A DNA stretch of 64,000 bases from Alphaproteobacteria bacterium (GTDB taxonomy: Bacteria > Pseudomonadota > Alphaproteobacteria > RF32 > CAG-239), in contig JAZLAM010000016.1 in the NCBI GenBank assembly GCA_045613125.1, forward strand, positions 4,699 to 68,698, given 5' to 3'. Positions 48,100-60,109 of this stretch are shown here, one piece after another. A model generated the notes under the pieces. It was not told the DNA's origin. It worked only from the letters and a program-made list of their open reading frames with translations, and searched no databases. A program made the position numbers and the translations under genes. Position 1 is the first letter of the stretch; each line of letters begins with the position of its first letter.

Positions 48100-50184
48100 A
48101 TGAGAAAACTTTTTTTTGCAATTTGTTTCATTGTTTCGATGATTTTTTCATTTTCAACTTTTTCTGCTGTTTCAACAATAACAGAAGTTGAAGTACAGCA
48201 AGAAAGTTCTAAAAAATTAGATCCTTTTCAACCTGTGGAGGGTATGCCTAATCCTAATAATTTAGAAGAGGTTATCAGTTTTTTCAAAAAACGTTTCCAA
48301 ACAGTAAATGTATCAACTGCTGAAGAAATAGGTGATTTAAATAAAACTAATTCTATGAACATTCAACATTCTAAAGAATATATCGAAAATTTGCAAAAAG
48401 AAAACAGATCAACTTTTGAAAAAATTTATGATGAAGCCATGAAACGTATTTCCGGAGAAGACGATTCTTCCCAAACACAATCTCAAACAGTTTTTTATAC
48501 TCAAAATCAAGATCGACTTATCGAAGAAACAATTCTACAACCTGATATTGATGTTGTGAATGTTATATTGCCAAATGGTAGTAAAATTCTTGCTCCGGCT
48601 AAAGAACATATTCCTTATTTGTTAACATCAATAAACATTTTACCTACCGGTCTTATTCAAATAAATGAAGAAATAACCGTTGTAGCTAACAATCAAAAAC
48701 TTAAAAACGGTGTTATAAAAATATTACCTAAATTCTCCAGATCTCGTGCAGGTGTTAAGAAAAAACTTGATATAGATTTATTAAGCGTTTCTATAAATGG
48801 GGAGGAAATTCCTTATATTTTAGAAGAAATTGGTGATAAAATATATATAAAACCGCAGCAAAAATATACATTAGCCCCTGGTGTTTATAATTATAAATTC
48901 AGTTACTTATTGGATCGTAAACTTTGGTACTATGACGACTTTACAGAATTTTATTGGGATGTGAGCGGAAGCTACTTCAATTTAGTGATAGGATCTGCAA
49001 ATGCTATTGTATCTATAGCAGACGGAAAAAACTTTTTATCGCAAAACGTAATGACTGGTTTCCCATCACAACTTTCTCCTAACAGAACTGTTGTTGCTAA
49101 ATTAGATACAAACGCTTTAGGTTTTGCATCTATTACTCCGCTTTGGCCAGGCGAAGGTATGCATATTTTGGTTTCTCTTGATAAAGATGTGTTTTTATCA
49201 CCTGACATAAATCGTAATTTTATATGGTTTATAACCGATTATGGTGATATTTTCTTTGCTGTTTTAGGACTGCTTGCTATTGTGATTTCATATATGATTT
49301 CATGGAATTATATTAAGAAAAACAAATCAAAACTTTCATCCTCATTCAAAAACACAGCGTCTGCAGCAAGATATTTTGTTTATAGTATTTTTGATAAAAA
49401 ATCTTTTGTTGCACATTTAATGGAATTAAAGAAAAAACAATATATAGATATTCAAAAACAAGATGAAACTGTACTACTTGTAAAAAGAACCGATAATTTA
49501 TCAAAATTATCTAAAAAAGAGAAAAAAGCTTTAAACCATTTATTTGCAGGAAAGGATTCGGTTATAAGTGCAACAAGTCCAAATGCTTTAAAATTCACAA
49601 GAGCTTATAGTGAACTTAAAAAATTACATGATTCATCAATCAAAAATTTGAATTTGAAACTCAATTTGGGTTACTTAATGTTTAGCATAGGGATGCTTGT
49701 TTTAGTTGAAATTGCAATATCTATGCTTGGTATCAATCCATGGCAAACAGCTGCAGTTATATTATCGTCTAGTATAACCATTGCTTTTTATACATATATG
49801 CTTAAAAAACGCTTTAATTCAAAAATATTAAACTATATCGTAAAGTGTTTTGGCTCTATCTTTATTCTTTTTGCAATTTTATTTATGAGTATTTATATTC
49901 ATTTAATAAGCTCTATAATTATAGCCGTAATTATTTATTCTATTTTTGAATATTCTGCAATTTTCAGTAAAAGAGGCGGATTATTAAAAAATAAAATTAA
50001 AGAAATAAATAATCTAAAAACATATTTAGAAAATAATGTATCTATAATATCTATTTCTCAAGATTTTATAAATCAACAAGCTTATATATATGCTTTAGAT
50101 TTGGAAAAATTCTATGCAAAGAATGATTTTAACAAAAAAGTATATATATTGGACGATGTTAAAAAAATTGAAGCTTTGTTATAA
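48100..50184 (+). CDS. DUF2207-like membrane protein
   Basis: Signal peptide at ATG 48100; EEITV, EFYWDVSG, L.PGEG..I; several C-terminal TM helices. Confidence 0.75.
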   Translation: MRKLFFAICFIVSMIFSFSTFSAVSTITEVEVQQESSKKLDPFQPVEGMPNPNNLEEVISFFKKRFQTVNVSTAEEIGDLNKTNSMNIQHSKEYIENLQKENRSTFEKIYDEAMKRISGEDDSSQTQSQTVFYTQNQDRLIEETILQPDIDVVNVILPNGSKILAPAKEHIPYLLTSINILPTGLIQINEEITVVANNQKLKNGVIKILPKFSRSRAGVKKKLDIDLLSVSINGEEIPYILEEIGDKIYIKPQQKYTLAPGVYNYKFSYLLDRKLWYYDDFTEFYWDVSGSYFNLVIGSANAIVSIADGKNFLSQNVMTGFPSQLSPNRTVVAKLDTNALGFASITPLWPGEGMHILVSLDKDVFLSPDINRNFIWFITDYGDIFFAVLGLLAIVISYMISWNYIKKNKSKLSSSFKNTASAARYFVYSIFDKKSFVAHLMELKKKQYIDIQKQDETVLLVKRTDNLSKLSKKEKKALNHLFAGKDSVISATSPNALKFTRAYSELKKLHDSSIKNLNLKLNLGYLMFSIGMLVLVEIAISMLGINPWQTAAVILSSSITIAFYTYMLKKRFNSKILNYIVKCFGSIFILFAILFMSIYIHLISSIIIAVIIYSIFEYSAIFSKRGGLLKNKIKEINNLKTYLENNVSIISISQDFINQQAYIYALDLEKFYAKNDFNKKVYILDDVKKIEALL

Positions 50185-50193
50185 AAAACTAAA

Positions 50194-50267
50194 GCGGGTA
50201 TAATTCAATGGTAGAATGAGAGCTTCCCAAGCTTTTAATGCGGGTTCGATTCCCGTTACCCGCTCCA
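50194..50267 (+). tRNA. tRNA-Gly(CCC)
   Basis: GCGGGTA/TACCCGC-TCCA acceptor, anticodon loop TT-CCC-AA, GGTTCGATTCC. Confidence 0.97.
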
Positions 50268-50288
50268 TTATAACACAAATCTAAATAC

Positions 50289-50443
50289 AGAGGAAAGCTT
50301 AATGAAATATGCCAAGAAGTTGAAATTAAAGCTGAAGTAATAATAAAATTTGTTAATTTGAGTAAAACTATAAACGCCATAAAAAAATTCATCCATATGA
50401 AACACCTGTGATTAATATTATTCCTTTGTTAAATGAAGAATAA
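50289..50443 (+). pseudogene. Degraded fragment resembling the YqfO/NIF3 PII-like small domain
   Basis: RGKLNEICQEVEIKAEV..KTINAIKK then HPYE in a shifted frame (50390-401), then PVINIIPL; no start codon. Confidence 0.45.
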
Positions 50444-50498
50444 AGTGTCTTGCAAAAAAAATAATTATGTCTTATTTAAAATTTCAAAGGAGTTTTAA

Positions 50499-51437
50499 AT
50501 GTCAGAATATTCTTCAAAACTTATTATTATAGGTTCAGGACCTGCCGGATATACGGCTGCAATATATGCAGCTCGGGCCGGACTAAATCCGATATTGGTT
50601 GCCGGAAATCAAATCGGTGGACAACTTACAATGACTTCTGTTATAGAAAATTTTCCCGGTTTTGCTAAACCTATAACCGGAAACGAACTGATGGAAAACA
50701 TGCGCCAACAATCATTAAACACTGGAGTTACCATCATTGAAGATAAAATAACTGAAGTAGATTTTGTTAATAGACCTTTCATTTTAAGTTCTGAAAAAGG
50801 TAACTTTTTTACAGCCCAATCCATCATTATTGCGACAGGCTCATCTGCTAAATGGCTTGAATTAGAATCTGAAAAAAAATATATCGGTTTTGGAGTATCT
50901 GCTTGCGCAACTTGTGATGCTTTTTTCTATAAAAATAAAACTGTGGCCGTTGTTGGTGGTGGAAATTCTGCTGCTGAAGAAGCTCTATATTTAACAAATT
51001 TTGCTTCAAAAGTAATTTTAATTCACCGACGTGATACTTTGCGCGCTGATAGTATTATGCAAAAACGTTTGCAAGAAAATCATAAAATAAACATTTTATG
51101 GAACAGTGTTATAAAAGAAATTAAGGGGGATGAAAATCCTAAATCTGTTAATATGATAACCGTTAAAAATGTAAAAACAGATGAAGAACAACATATCAAT
51201 ATTGATGGTGTTTTTATAGCAATCGGACATAAACCTAACACAGATATATTTAAAGAATATCTTAATCTTGATGAAACCGGATATATAAAAACCAATCCCG
51301 ATAGCACACAAACAAATATTGCTGGAGTTTTTGCTGCCGGAGATGTAAAAGACCATCGTTTCAGACAAGCAATTACAGCAGCAGGAAGCGGTGCAATGGC
51401 TGCTATGGAAGCAACTAAATATCTTTCAGAAATATAA
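50499..51437 (+). CDS. trxB: Thioredoxin reductase
   Basis: GSGPAGYTAAIY, CATCD, VGGGNSA.EEA, AAGDV. Confidence 0.98.
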   Translation: MSEYSSKLIIIGSGPAGYTAAIYAARAGLNPILVAGNQIGGQLTMTSVIENFPGFAKPITGNELMENMRQQSLNTGVTIIEDKITEVDFVNRPFILSSEKGNFFTAQSIIIATGSSAKWLELESEKKYIGFGVSACATCDAFFYKNKTVAVVGGGNSAAEEALYLTNFASKVILIHRRDTLRADSIMQKRLQENHKINILWNSVIKEIKGDENPKSVNMITVKNVKTDEEQHINIDGVFIAIGHKPNTDIFKEYLNLDETGYIKTNPDSTQTNIAGVFAAGDVKDHRFRQAITAAGSGAMAAMEATKYLSEI

Positions 51438-51440
51438 AAC

Positions 51441-51468
51441 TTGACAATTTAAAACTTTGTATTATATT
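51441..51468 (+). promoter_or_regulatory. Promoter of the NAD salvage cluster
   Basis: TTGACA-N16-TATATT. Confidence 0.6.
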
Positions 51469-51475
51469 AAAGATA

Positions 51476-51592
51476 TTCTTGTCGCTTTTAGGGCTTATAA
51501 GCGAAGAACTTATATAAACCGAGCCGAGGTTGATTTTGTTGCAAATGTTTTTATGTTGCAATTGATGTCGGCTCCTATAAAGGAGTTTTTTT
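51476..51592 (+). promoter_or_regulatory. Candidate cis-regulatory RNA, copy 1 (NAD salvage leader)
   Basis: TTCTT-GT-CGCTT-[TTAGGGCTTAT]-AAGCG-AAGAA hairpin; mutually exclusive downstream stems over the SD. Confidence 0.65.
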
Positions 51593-52135
51593 ATGACAGA
51601 ATATAAATATAAACATGGTCTTAGCATTATGCGTGCACAACCTTTCCATATCGGACACGCAAAAATAATTGATAAGATGCTTCAATGTTGTGAAAAAGTT
51701 ACCATTATTCTAGGGTCAATCCAAGAACACGGAACATCAAGAAATCCGTTAAATTATACAACCAGAAAAAAAATGATACAAAATATTTATCGCTCAACTC
51801 CTGATTATGAGCGCTTAAAGATTATTGGTCTTTTTGATATTAATAATCCGGCAGAATGGGGAGATTATGTATTCGATTTTATATCTGAAACTTTGCCTGA
51901 TTTACCGACACCTGACGTATATTTTGCCGGAAGCACTTATGATGCACATTGGTTTAAGGAACGCTTTAAAACAATTGAGCTTGTTGACAGAACAGATCCG
52001 GATTTTCCGTTTGTTACGGGAACTATGGTTAGAGATATGATAAAATTTGGTGACAATCGTTGGAAAAATTTTATACATCCTCAAAACTATCAAATTATTG
52101 AAGATAATTTTAATCGTAAAAAAGCAATTATATAA
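51593..52135 (+). CDS. nadM: NMN/NaMN adenylyltransferase (NadM-like)
   Basis: MRAQPFHIGH, ILGS, RNPL...RK.MI, TGT.VR. Confidence 0.8.
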   Translation: MTEYKYKHGLSIMRAQPFHIGHAKIIDKMLQCCEKVTIILGSIQEHGTSRNPLNYTTRKKMIQNIYRSTPDYERLKIIGLFDINNPAEWGDYVFDFISETLPDLPTPDVYFAGSTYDAHWFKERFKTIELVDRTDPDFPFVTGTMVRDMIKFGDNRWKNFIHPQNYQIIEDNFNRKKAII

Positions 52136-52151
52136 ACCGTTTCGGTTTAAA

Positions 52152-52227
52152 GCATCTGTGTCTTTTGAAGGGCTTATAAAAGACAGATGCAAAAACAACC
52201 CTAAATAAGCCACGAAAGGGAATTAAT
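52152..52227 (+). promoter_or_regulatory. Candidate cis-regulatory RNA, copy 2 (pncA leader)
   Basis: GCATCT-GT-GTCTTTT-[GAAGGGCTTAT]-AAAAGAC-AGATGC; downstream ATAAGCC complementary to the loop. Confidence 0.65.
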
Positions 52228-52842
52228 ATGAATAAACGTATTTTAATGCGGATAGATTTTCAAAACGATTTTGTTCATCCGCAAGGTGATTTAACTATAT
52301 CCGATATTGATCTTATAGAAAGACATCAAAAATTTGCCAATTCTTTACAATCTGATATGATAGATTTAATTATAGATTCTTATGATACACATTTTTCACA
52401 AACATATAAAAATACCATAGAATCTGAAAAATTTCCACCTCATTGTATTTTTGGTTCTTGGGGATGGCAAAGCGCCGCTCCGCTAAAAAACAACATAGAA
52501 ACCATAAATATTTTTAAATCAACAACCAATATTTGGAATGAGAAAAATACATACCAAATTTTAGCTCAAGATTGGAACAATAAAGATGTATATTTATGTG
52601 GTGTTTTAAGTGAAGTTTGTGTTTATCAAGCTATGAAAGGTCTGTTAAAACAAGGTGCAAATGTTATTATTATTGAAGATTTATGTAAAGGTATAAATGC
52701 TCAAACAAGTGATATTTTAGCTCATCCTGATTTTCAAGTTGTAAAAGAAACAGGACAATTAAAAAGTATTACATCATCACAGTTTTTTCGTTCAAATCTT
52801 TTAAATAAAAAAATTGAGCATAATTTAGTTTACAGACAATAA
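52228..52842 (+). CDS. pncA: Nicotinamidase (isochorismatase family)
   Basis: IDFQNDFV..G.L, DTH, FPPHC..G.WG, K, GVLSEVCV; next to pncB. Confidence 0.85.
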   Translation: MNKRILMRIDFQNDFVHPQGDLTISDIDLIERHQKFANSLQSDMIDLIIDSYDTHFSQTYKNTIESEKFPPHCIFGSWGWQSAAPLKNNIETINIFKSTTNIWNEKNTYQILAQDWNNKDVYLCGVLSEVCVYQAMKGLLKQGANVIIIEDLCKGINAQTSDILAHPDFQVVKETGQLKSITSSQFFRSNLLNKKIEHNLVYRQ

Positions 52843-52853
52843 GGGGAACACTC

Positions 52854-54317
52854 ATGATAAATAATATTTTACATACAGGAACACCATTTTATTGTGATTT
52901 ATACCATTTAACAATGGCACAAGCTTGGTTTAAGGATAACAAACACTTAGAAAATAAAACTTCAGAAGCTTTTTTCAGACGCTGTCCTTTTGGTGGAAGC
53001 TATCTTGTATCTGCCGGTTTGCAAGAATTTGTTGAATGGATAGATAATTGGCATATTTCACAAAAAGATATAGATTACCTTAAAACATTAAAAAATGCTG
53101 ACGGAAAATCCTTGTTTGATGAAAATTTTTTGAATTTTCTTAAAGATCAAAAACTAAATCTGACTATAAACGCTGTAGCCGAAGGAGAAATTGTTTTTCC
53201 TAATGAACCTGTTTTAAGTGTTAACGGTCCTTGTTGGCAAGTTGATATGGTTGAAGCAGCTTTTTTAAATATATTTAATGCTCAAAGCCTGATAGCAACA
53301 AAAGCATCTCGTATAGTAAATGCAGCCACAGCTGACGGCAAGAAAAGGCCAGTTATGGAATTTGGTTTAAGAAGAGCTCAAGATATGGCATGTTTTTTAC
53401 CTACAAGAGCATCTTATATCGGAGGATGTGTAGGAACATCAAATGTAGCAGCAGCACAATATTACGGAATTGAGGTTAAAGGAACTATGGCTCACTCTTT
53501 TATAATGAGTTATGAAAATGAACTTGATGCATTTAAGTCTTATCTGATAGCTTCTGAAGGAAATACAACACTGCTTGTTGATACATATGATACAAGAGAA
53601 GGTATTAAAAATGCTATTAAAGCATCTGAAGAAACAGGTATAAAATTACAAGGAATAAGAATAGATTCCGGCGATTTGGCATATTGGAGTAAAGAAGCAA
53701 GAAAACTTCTTGATGCATCAAATATGGAACATACAAAAATTGTAGCATCAAATGATTTAGATGAATATTTAATTGAAAATCTTATCATGGTTCAAAAAGC
53801 ACCTATTGATATTTTTGCTGTCGGCACAAAACTTGTTACAGCTTATGATAATCCGGCTTTAGGAGGTGTATTTAAAACCAAAGAATATAATCATCAACCT
53901 AAAATAAAAATAGCTGAAGGAAAAACAACAATACCGGGATCTACAAATGTGATCCGTATTGTTAAAAACGGTAAATATGAAGGAGATATAATAACAAAGT
54001 CTGCTGACAACTTAATAAGCAACGGAAAACTGAACAGAAATGTACAATCTTTCAAATTAAAATCTTTAACCGGAGAAAACACTGTTTTTAAACAAGGACA
54101 AACTGCTTACTCGTTGCTAAAACCTATCATGCAAAATGGTCATATAATAAAGCATTATTTAAGCTTAAAACAAATACAAGAAAAAACTCTTCGTCATTTG
54201 AATAATTTGGATAATTCTTACAAACGTCTTGCCAATCCACACGTATACGGCGTAGGCTTAGAACAAAATTTGTTTAGTTTACAACAGCAACTTATAAAAC
54301 AACATCAAGAGAGGTAG
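52854..54317 (+). CDS. pncB: Nicotinate phosphoribosyltransferase
   Basis: DLY.LTM, EFGLRRAQ, GTMAHSF, LVDTYD, RIDSGDL, ASNDLDE. Confidence 0.95.
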   Translation: MINNILHTGTPFYCDLYHLTMAQAWFKDNKHLENKTSEAFFRRCPFGGSYLVSAGLQEFVEWIDNWHISQKDIDYLKTLKNADGKSLFDENFLNFLKDQKLNLTINAVAEGEIVFPNEPVLSVNGPCWQVDMVEAAFLNIFNAQSLIATKASRIVNAATADGKKRPVMEFGLRRAQDMACFLPTRASYIGGCVGTSNVAAAQYYGIEVKGTMAHSFIMSYENELDAFKSYLIASEGNTTLLVDTYDTREGIKNAIKASEETGIKLQGIRIDSGDLAYWSKEARKLLDASNMEHTKIVASNDLDEYLIENLIMVQKAPIDIFAVGTKLVTAYDNPALGGVFKTKEYNHQPKIKIAEGKTTIPGSTNVIRIVKNGKYEGDIITKSADNLISNGKLNRNVQSFKLKSLTGENTVFKQGQTAYSLLKPIMQNGHIIKHYLSLKQIQEKTLRHLNNLDNSYKRLANPHVYGVGLEQNLFSLQQQLIKQHQER

Positions 54318-54319
54318 TT

Positions 54320-55093
54320 ATGGAAAAACTTTGGAATGATTTAAAGCAAAAATTTAAGTCTTACTGTGAAAAAAACAACTTTAACAAAGTTATTTTAGGT
54401 TTGTCGGGAGGACTTGATTCTGCTATAGTTGCCGTTCTGGCATCAGATGTTTTAGGTGGTCAAAATGTAACTGCAATTATGATGAGAACAAAATACACAT
54501 CTTCTTTAAGTATAAGCATTGCAAGAGAAATTTCTAAACTAAATAATCTTAATTATCATGAATTTGATATTCAAAATTTGATAGATTTTGAAACAGTGTA
54601 TTTAAAAGATTTCTTCAAAGAAGAGCCTAAAAATATTGTTCTTGAAAATTTACAAGCAAGAGCAAGAGCAAAAATTTTAATGGCTTGGTCAAATCAGTTT
54701 GGAGGAGTAGTTTTAGCTTGTTCAAATAAATCTGAAATTTTAACGGGATATTGTACACTTTACGGAGATACTTGTGGCGCTTTTATACCTTTAGGTAATA
54801 TTTATAAATCGGATATTTTTGAATTGGCAAAATATAGAAATTCTTTAAGTAGAGTATTACCGTCTGAGGTGATTGTAAGAGCTCCGAGTGCTGAACTTGC
54901 GCTAAATCAAAAAGATGAAAACTCATTACCTCCATATAAAGAATTGGATTTAATATTAAAACAATATGTTGATAATAACTTATCTTTTGAAGAAATTATT
55001 GCTCAAGGTCAAAATATTAAAACTTGTCAAAAAGTGATAACATTATATGAAAAAAGTACATTCAAAAGAAAACAATTACCTCCGATATTATAG
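54320..55093 (+). CDS. nadE: NH3-dependent NAD+ synthetase
   Basis: GLSGGLDS, ENLQAR, NKSE..GY.TLYGD, PSAEL..Q.DE..LPPY. Confidence 0.95.
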   Translation: MEKLWNDLKQKFKSYCEKNNFNKVILGLSGGLDSAIVAVLASDVLGGQNVTAIMMRTKYTSSLSISIAREISKLNNLNYHEFDIQNLIDFETVYLKDFFKEEPKNIVLENLQARARAKILMAWSNQFGGVVLACSNKSEILTGYCTLYGDTCGAFIPLGNIYKSDIFELAKYRNSLSRVLPSEVIVRAPSAELALNQKDENSLPPYKELDLILKQYVDNNLSFEEIIAQGQNIKTCQKVITLYEKSTFKRKQLPPIL

Positions 55094-55096
55094 TAT

Positions 55097-55125
55097 AAAA
55101 AAGAGCAGATAATCTGCTCTTTTTT
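55097..55125. terminator. Bidirectional terminator nadE/LOG gene
   Basis: AAAAAAGAGCAGAT-A-ATCTGCTCTTTTTT. Confidence 0.88.
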
Positions 55126-55126
55126 A

Positions 55127-56064
55127 TTACCTTACAACTTTTTGTTTTCTTGCTTTTAATCTGGTAAGTTTATCACTTATGGTGGCTGTATCTTTTCCGG
55201 CTTTAGCAAGTCTGTCATACATACGCTCTATTTCTTTTTCCAAATATGCTGTTTCAATTTCTTCATCAAGAGCTTTATTTTCTTCTTCACCACCATTTTT
55301 TCGTATATTTTCTATTTCTTCCAAAATATCTTCAATAAAAATATTACTTATTTGCTTTCTTTTGTAGAAATAAGGAAGTTCATAAACCAGTTGACGAGCA
55401 TTAGCATAAGCTTGTTTAGAATTTTCGCATTTATTATATCGTATTTTTAACAATCTGAAAGCTATTTCCAACTCTTGATTATTATCTACAACAATAAAAG
55501 GAACAGGCTCGGCAAAACCTTTTGCACTAATTGATTTTAAAAATTCTAAAAGATGATGAAAAAAACCATTTACATTATAAATAATAAAAGGTTTTATAGC
55601 AAGTAAACCATCTTGCATAGCAACACAATCATAAGCAAGCTCATCAAGAGTACCTACACCTCCAGGCGCAAAAACAACAAAATCTGCAGCAAGAAGTTTT
55701 TGTTTTCTTTCTTCTAGTGTTTTTGCAACAATAACATCTGTTTGTTTTATTAATTCATCATCTGACGGATATAAACGATAGTATTCTTCTGTTGTCACAC
55801 CTTGTATCGGAAAATTTGTATCTGAGCAGTTTTTTTCTTTCCATTTATCTAAAACACCTCGTGCTACTGCACCCATAATTCCTTTGTTAGAAAGACCAAA
55901 ATCAAGCTTAAAATCCATCTTTATAATTTGACAACCTAAATTATAAGCTTCTTGTTCATAAATTTCATCATTTCCGGGTCTTGACCCTCCGGCTACAAAA
56001 ACTCTTATTCCTTCTTTTTGATTCTGTTCAATAAAAGTTTTAATGTTCGTGCATGTATCAACCA

Positions 56065-56065
<1 letters not shown>
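55127..56065 (-). CDS. LOG-family (nucleotide phosphoribohydrolase) protein with C-terminal helical extension
   Basis: GIMGAVARG, ERK, PGGVGTLDE, N.NGFF..L. Confidence 0.85.
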
Positions 56066-58337
<2,272 letters not shown>

Positions 58338-58338
58338 G

Positions 58339-59085
58339 TTAAAGATCCTCCAAAATTCTCTGCGAAATTTTAATTATATCTTCAGCACCCTCTGAAGAAA
58401 GATATCTGTTTAATAATAAAGATTTATTTAATACACAATCTCTTATTCTGGTATCTTGTCTTATGATACCAAATAAATCTAAGTTTATTTTTATATAAGT
58501 TTGAGCAGCTTTAAGTAAATTTTTATATATCTGATTTCCTTCATTATATGACATAGCTCGATTAATTATAATTTTAATATCAGCTTTAGAGTTTATATTT
58601 TTTATTTTTTCTATCTTTTTGTAAGCACCTTCTAAAGACAAAGGATCAGCATTTACAATAATAAACACTGTATTACAAATATTAATAAAATTATTTATAT
58701 TTTTAACATCATCATCTGAACAATCTAAAATAACATAATCATAATACTTTGAAAAACAAAACAAATCTTTTGCTAATACTTGTACTCTACCAACCGGAGC
58801 TGATGCTAATATATTTTCTCCGGATTTAGAACATATTAAATCAAAAAAACCTTTATCATATTTTAAAACACTATTGTTTATAGTAACAAATCCATTTAAT
58901 AAGCTATTATAAGAATTATTCAAATCTAAATTAAGTTGATAAGATATATTTTCTATTCCACAATCAGCATCGAAAAATAAAACTTTTTTTCTGAGCAAAG
59001 CTAAAGAATGGCTTAAGTTTACAGCTAGCCACGTTTTACCTATACCTTTAGTTCCTGAACATATAGCTATTAAATGATTTTTCAT
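58339..59085 (-). CDS. MinD/FlhG-like ATPase (divergent)
   Basis: SGTKGIGKT P-loop, FFDAD, YDYVILD, IIINR, GIIRQD. Confidence 0.75.
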   Translation of the reverse strand: MKNHLIAICSGTKGIGKTWLAVNLSHSLALLRKKVLFFDADCGIENISYQLNLDLNNSYNSLLNGFVTINNSVLKYDKGFFDLICSKSGENILASAPVGRVQVLAKDLFCFSKYYDYVILDCSDDDVKNINNFINICNTVFIIVNADPLSLEGAYKKIEKIKNINSKADIKIIINRAMSYNEGNQIYKNLLKAAQTYIKINLDLFGIIRQDTRIRDCVLNKSLLLNRYLSSEGAEDIIKISQRILEDL

Positions 59086-59145
59086 ATTTACACACTTTAG
59101 AAAATTTTATCAAATTGTGTCAAATAAAAAAGAAAATTTCAATTA

Positions 59146-59162
59146 GTTAAAACCTTTTTAAC
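59146..59162. promoter_or_regulatory. Candidate CtrA box
   Basis: GTTAA-AACCTTT-TTAAC (TTAA-N7-TTAAC on both strands) between the divergent minD-like and fzlA operons; AT-rich genome, so chance is possible. Confidence 0.45.
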
Positions 59163-59210
59163 ACAATTTATTTATAATTACCACTACATATAAGTATATA
59201 AGAGGTATAA

Positions 59211-60109
59211 ATGAGAAATTTTGCAAACATAATTATATTTCTTTTAGCATTTTTTTCGTTAGAAAAAAATGTTTATTCACAAATAAGTGAACAAAAAAGT
59301 AATGAAAAAGCAATTATATGTGCAACATCATATCCTGATTATATACCTTTATCATATTACGATGATAAAAATGGTTTTTATAATATTTTTGAAAAAGCTC
59401 TTAAAGATATTTTACATACAAATAACTTGTCTATACAAATTTATACACAACCAACTTATGTTGAAAATATACAAAAAATAAAAACAGGTAATTGTGATTT
59501 ATTACTTGGTATATACAATGAAACTCAAAATAAAATCAAAGAATTTGAACAAATAGAATATTTATATCCTGCAATTATACAGAATCCTATAAATTTAGTT
59601 ATGCTTCCTAGTAATATATCAAAAATTAAAAGTATGAATGATTTAAAAAAATTGAAAGGTATCTATATTAGTAAAGAATATTTTAGCGATTATATTTTAG
59701 AAGTTTTTTCTAATTATGATATAAAACCTGAGGAAAATGCTAATAAAGCTTATGAAAAGTTATTTTTAGGAGAAATCGATTTTATAGTTGGAGGTTATTA
59801 TTACAACTATATTCAAACTATAAAATTAGGAATAAAAGATTTTGTTTCTTTTTCTAAAAAATCTTTATGGACAATGCCTATGTTTATAGGATTATCTAAA
59901 AAATCTCATCATTATAAACGTCTTAAAATTTTATTATCAAAAAAATTATTGATAAATCTGTTTCTGAACAAGTTGAAGAAGAAATAAAAAGAAAAACATC
60001 TATAATAGAAACAGATTATATAGGGATTGTTCCTCCATCATTTATTTTAAAACAAGATAAAAATATATTAACACCTGCAGATGAAACAAATAAGGATAAA
60101 AAATGGTAG
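59211..60109 (+). CDS. Family-3 substrate-binding protein, frameshifted at an A7 tract (59939-45)
   Basis: Signal peptide, YPDYIPLSY, G.CDLLLG, GEIDFIVG; annotated frame stops at 59987, -1 frame continues to TAG 60107-09 overlapping the fzlA ATG. Confidence 0.75.

Noticed and set aside
50189-50392. 67-aa minus-strand ORF
   Set aside because: Antisense to tRNA-Gly; a typical spurious translation.
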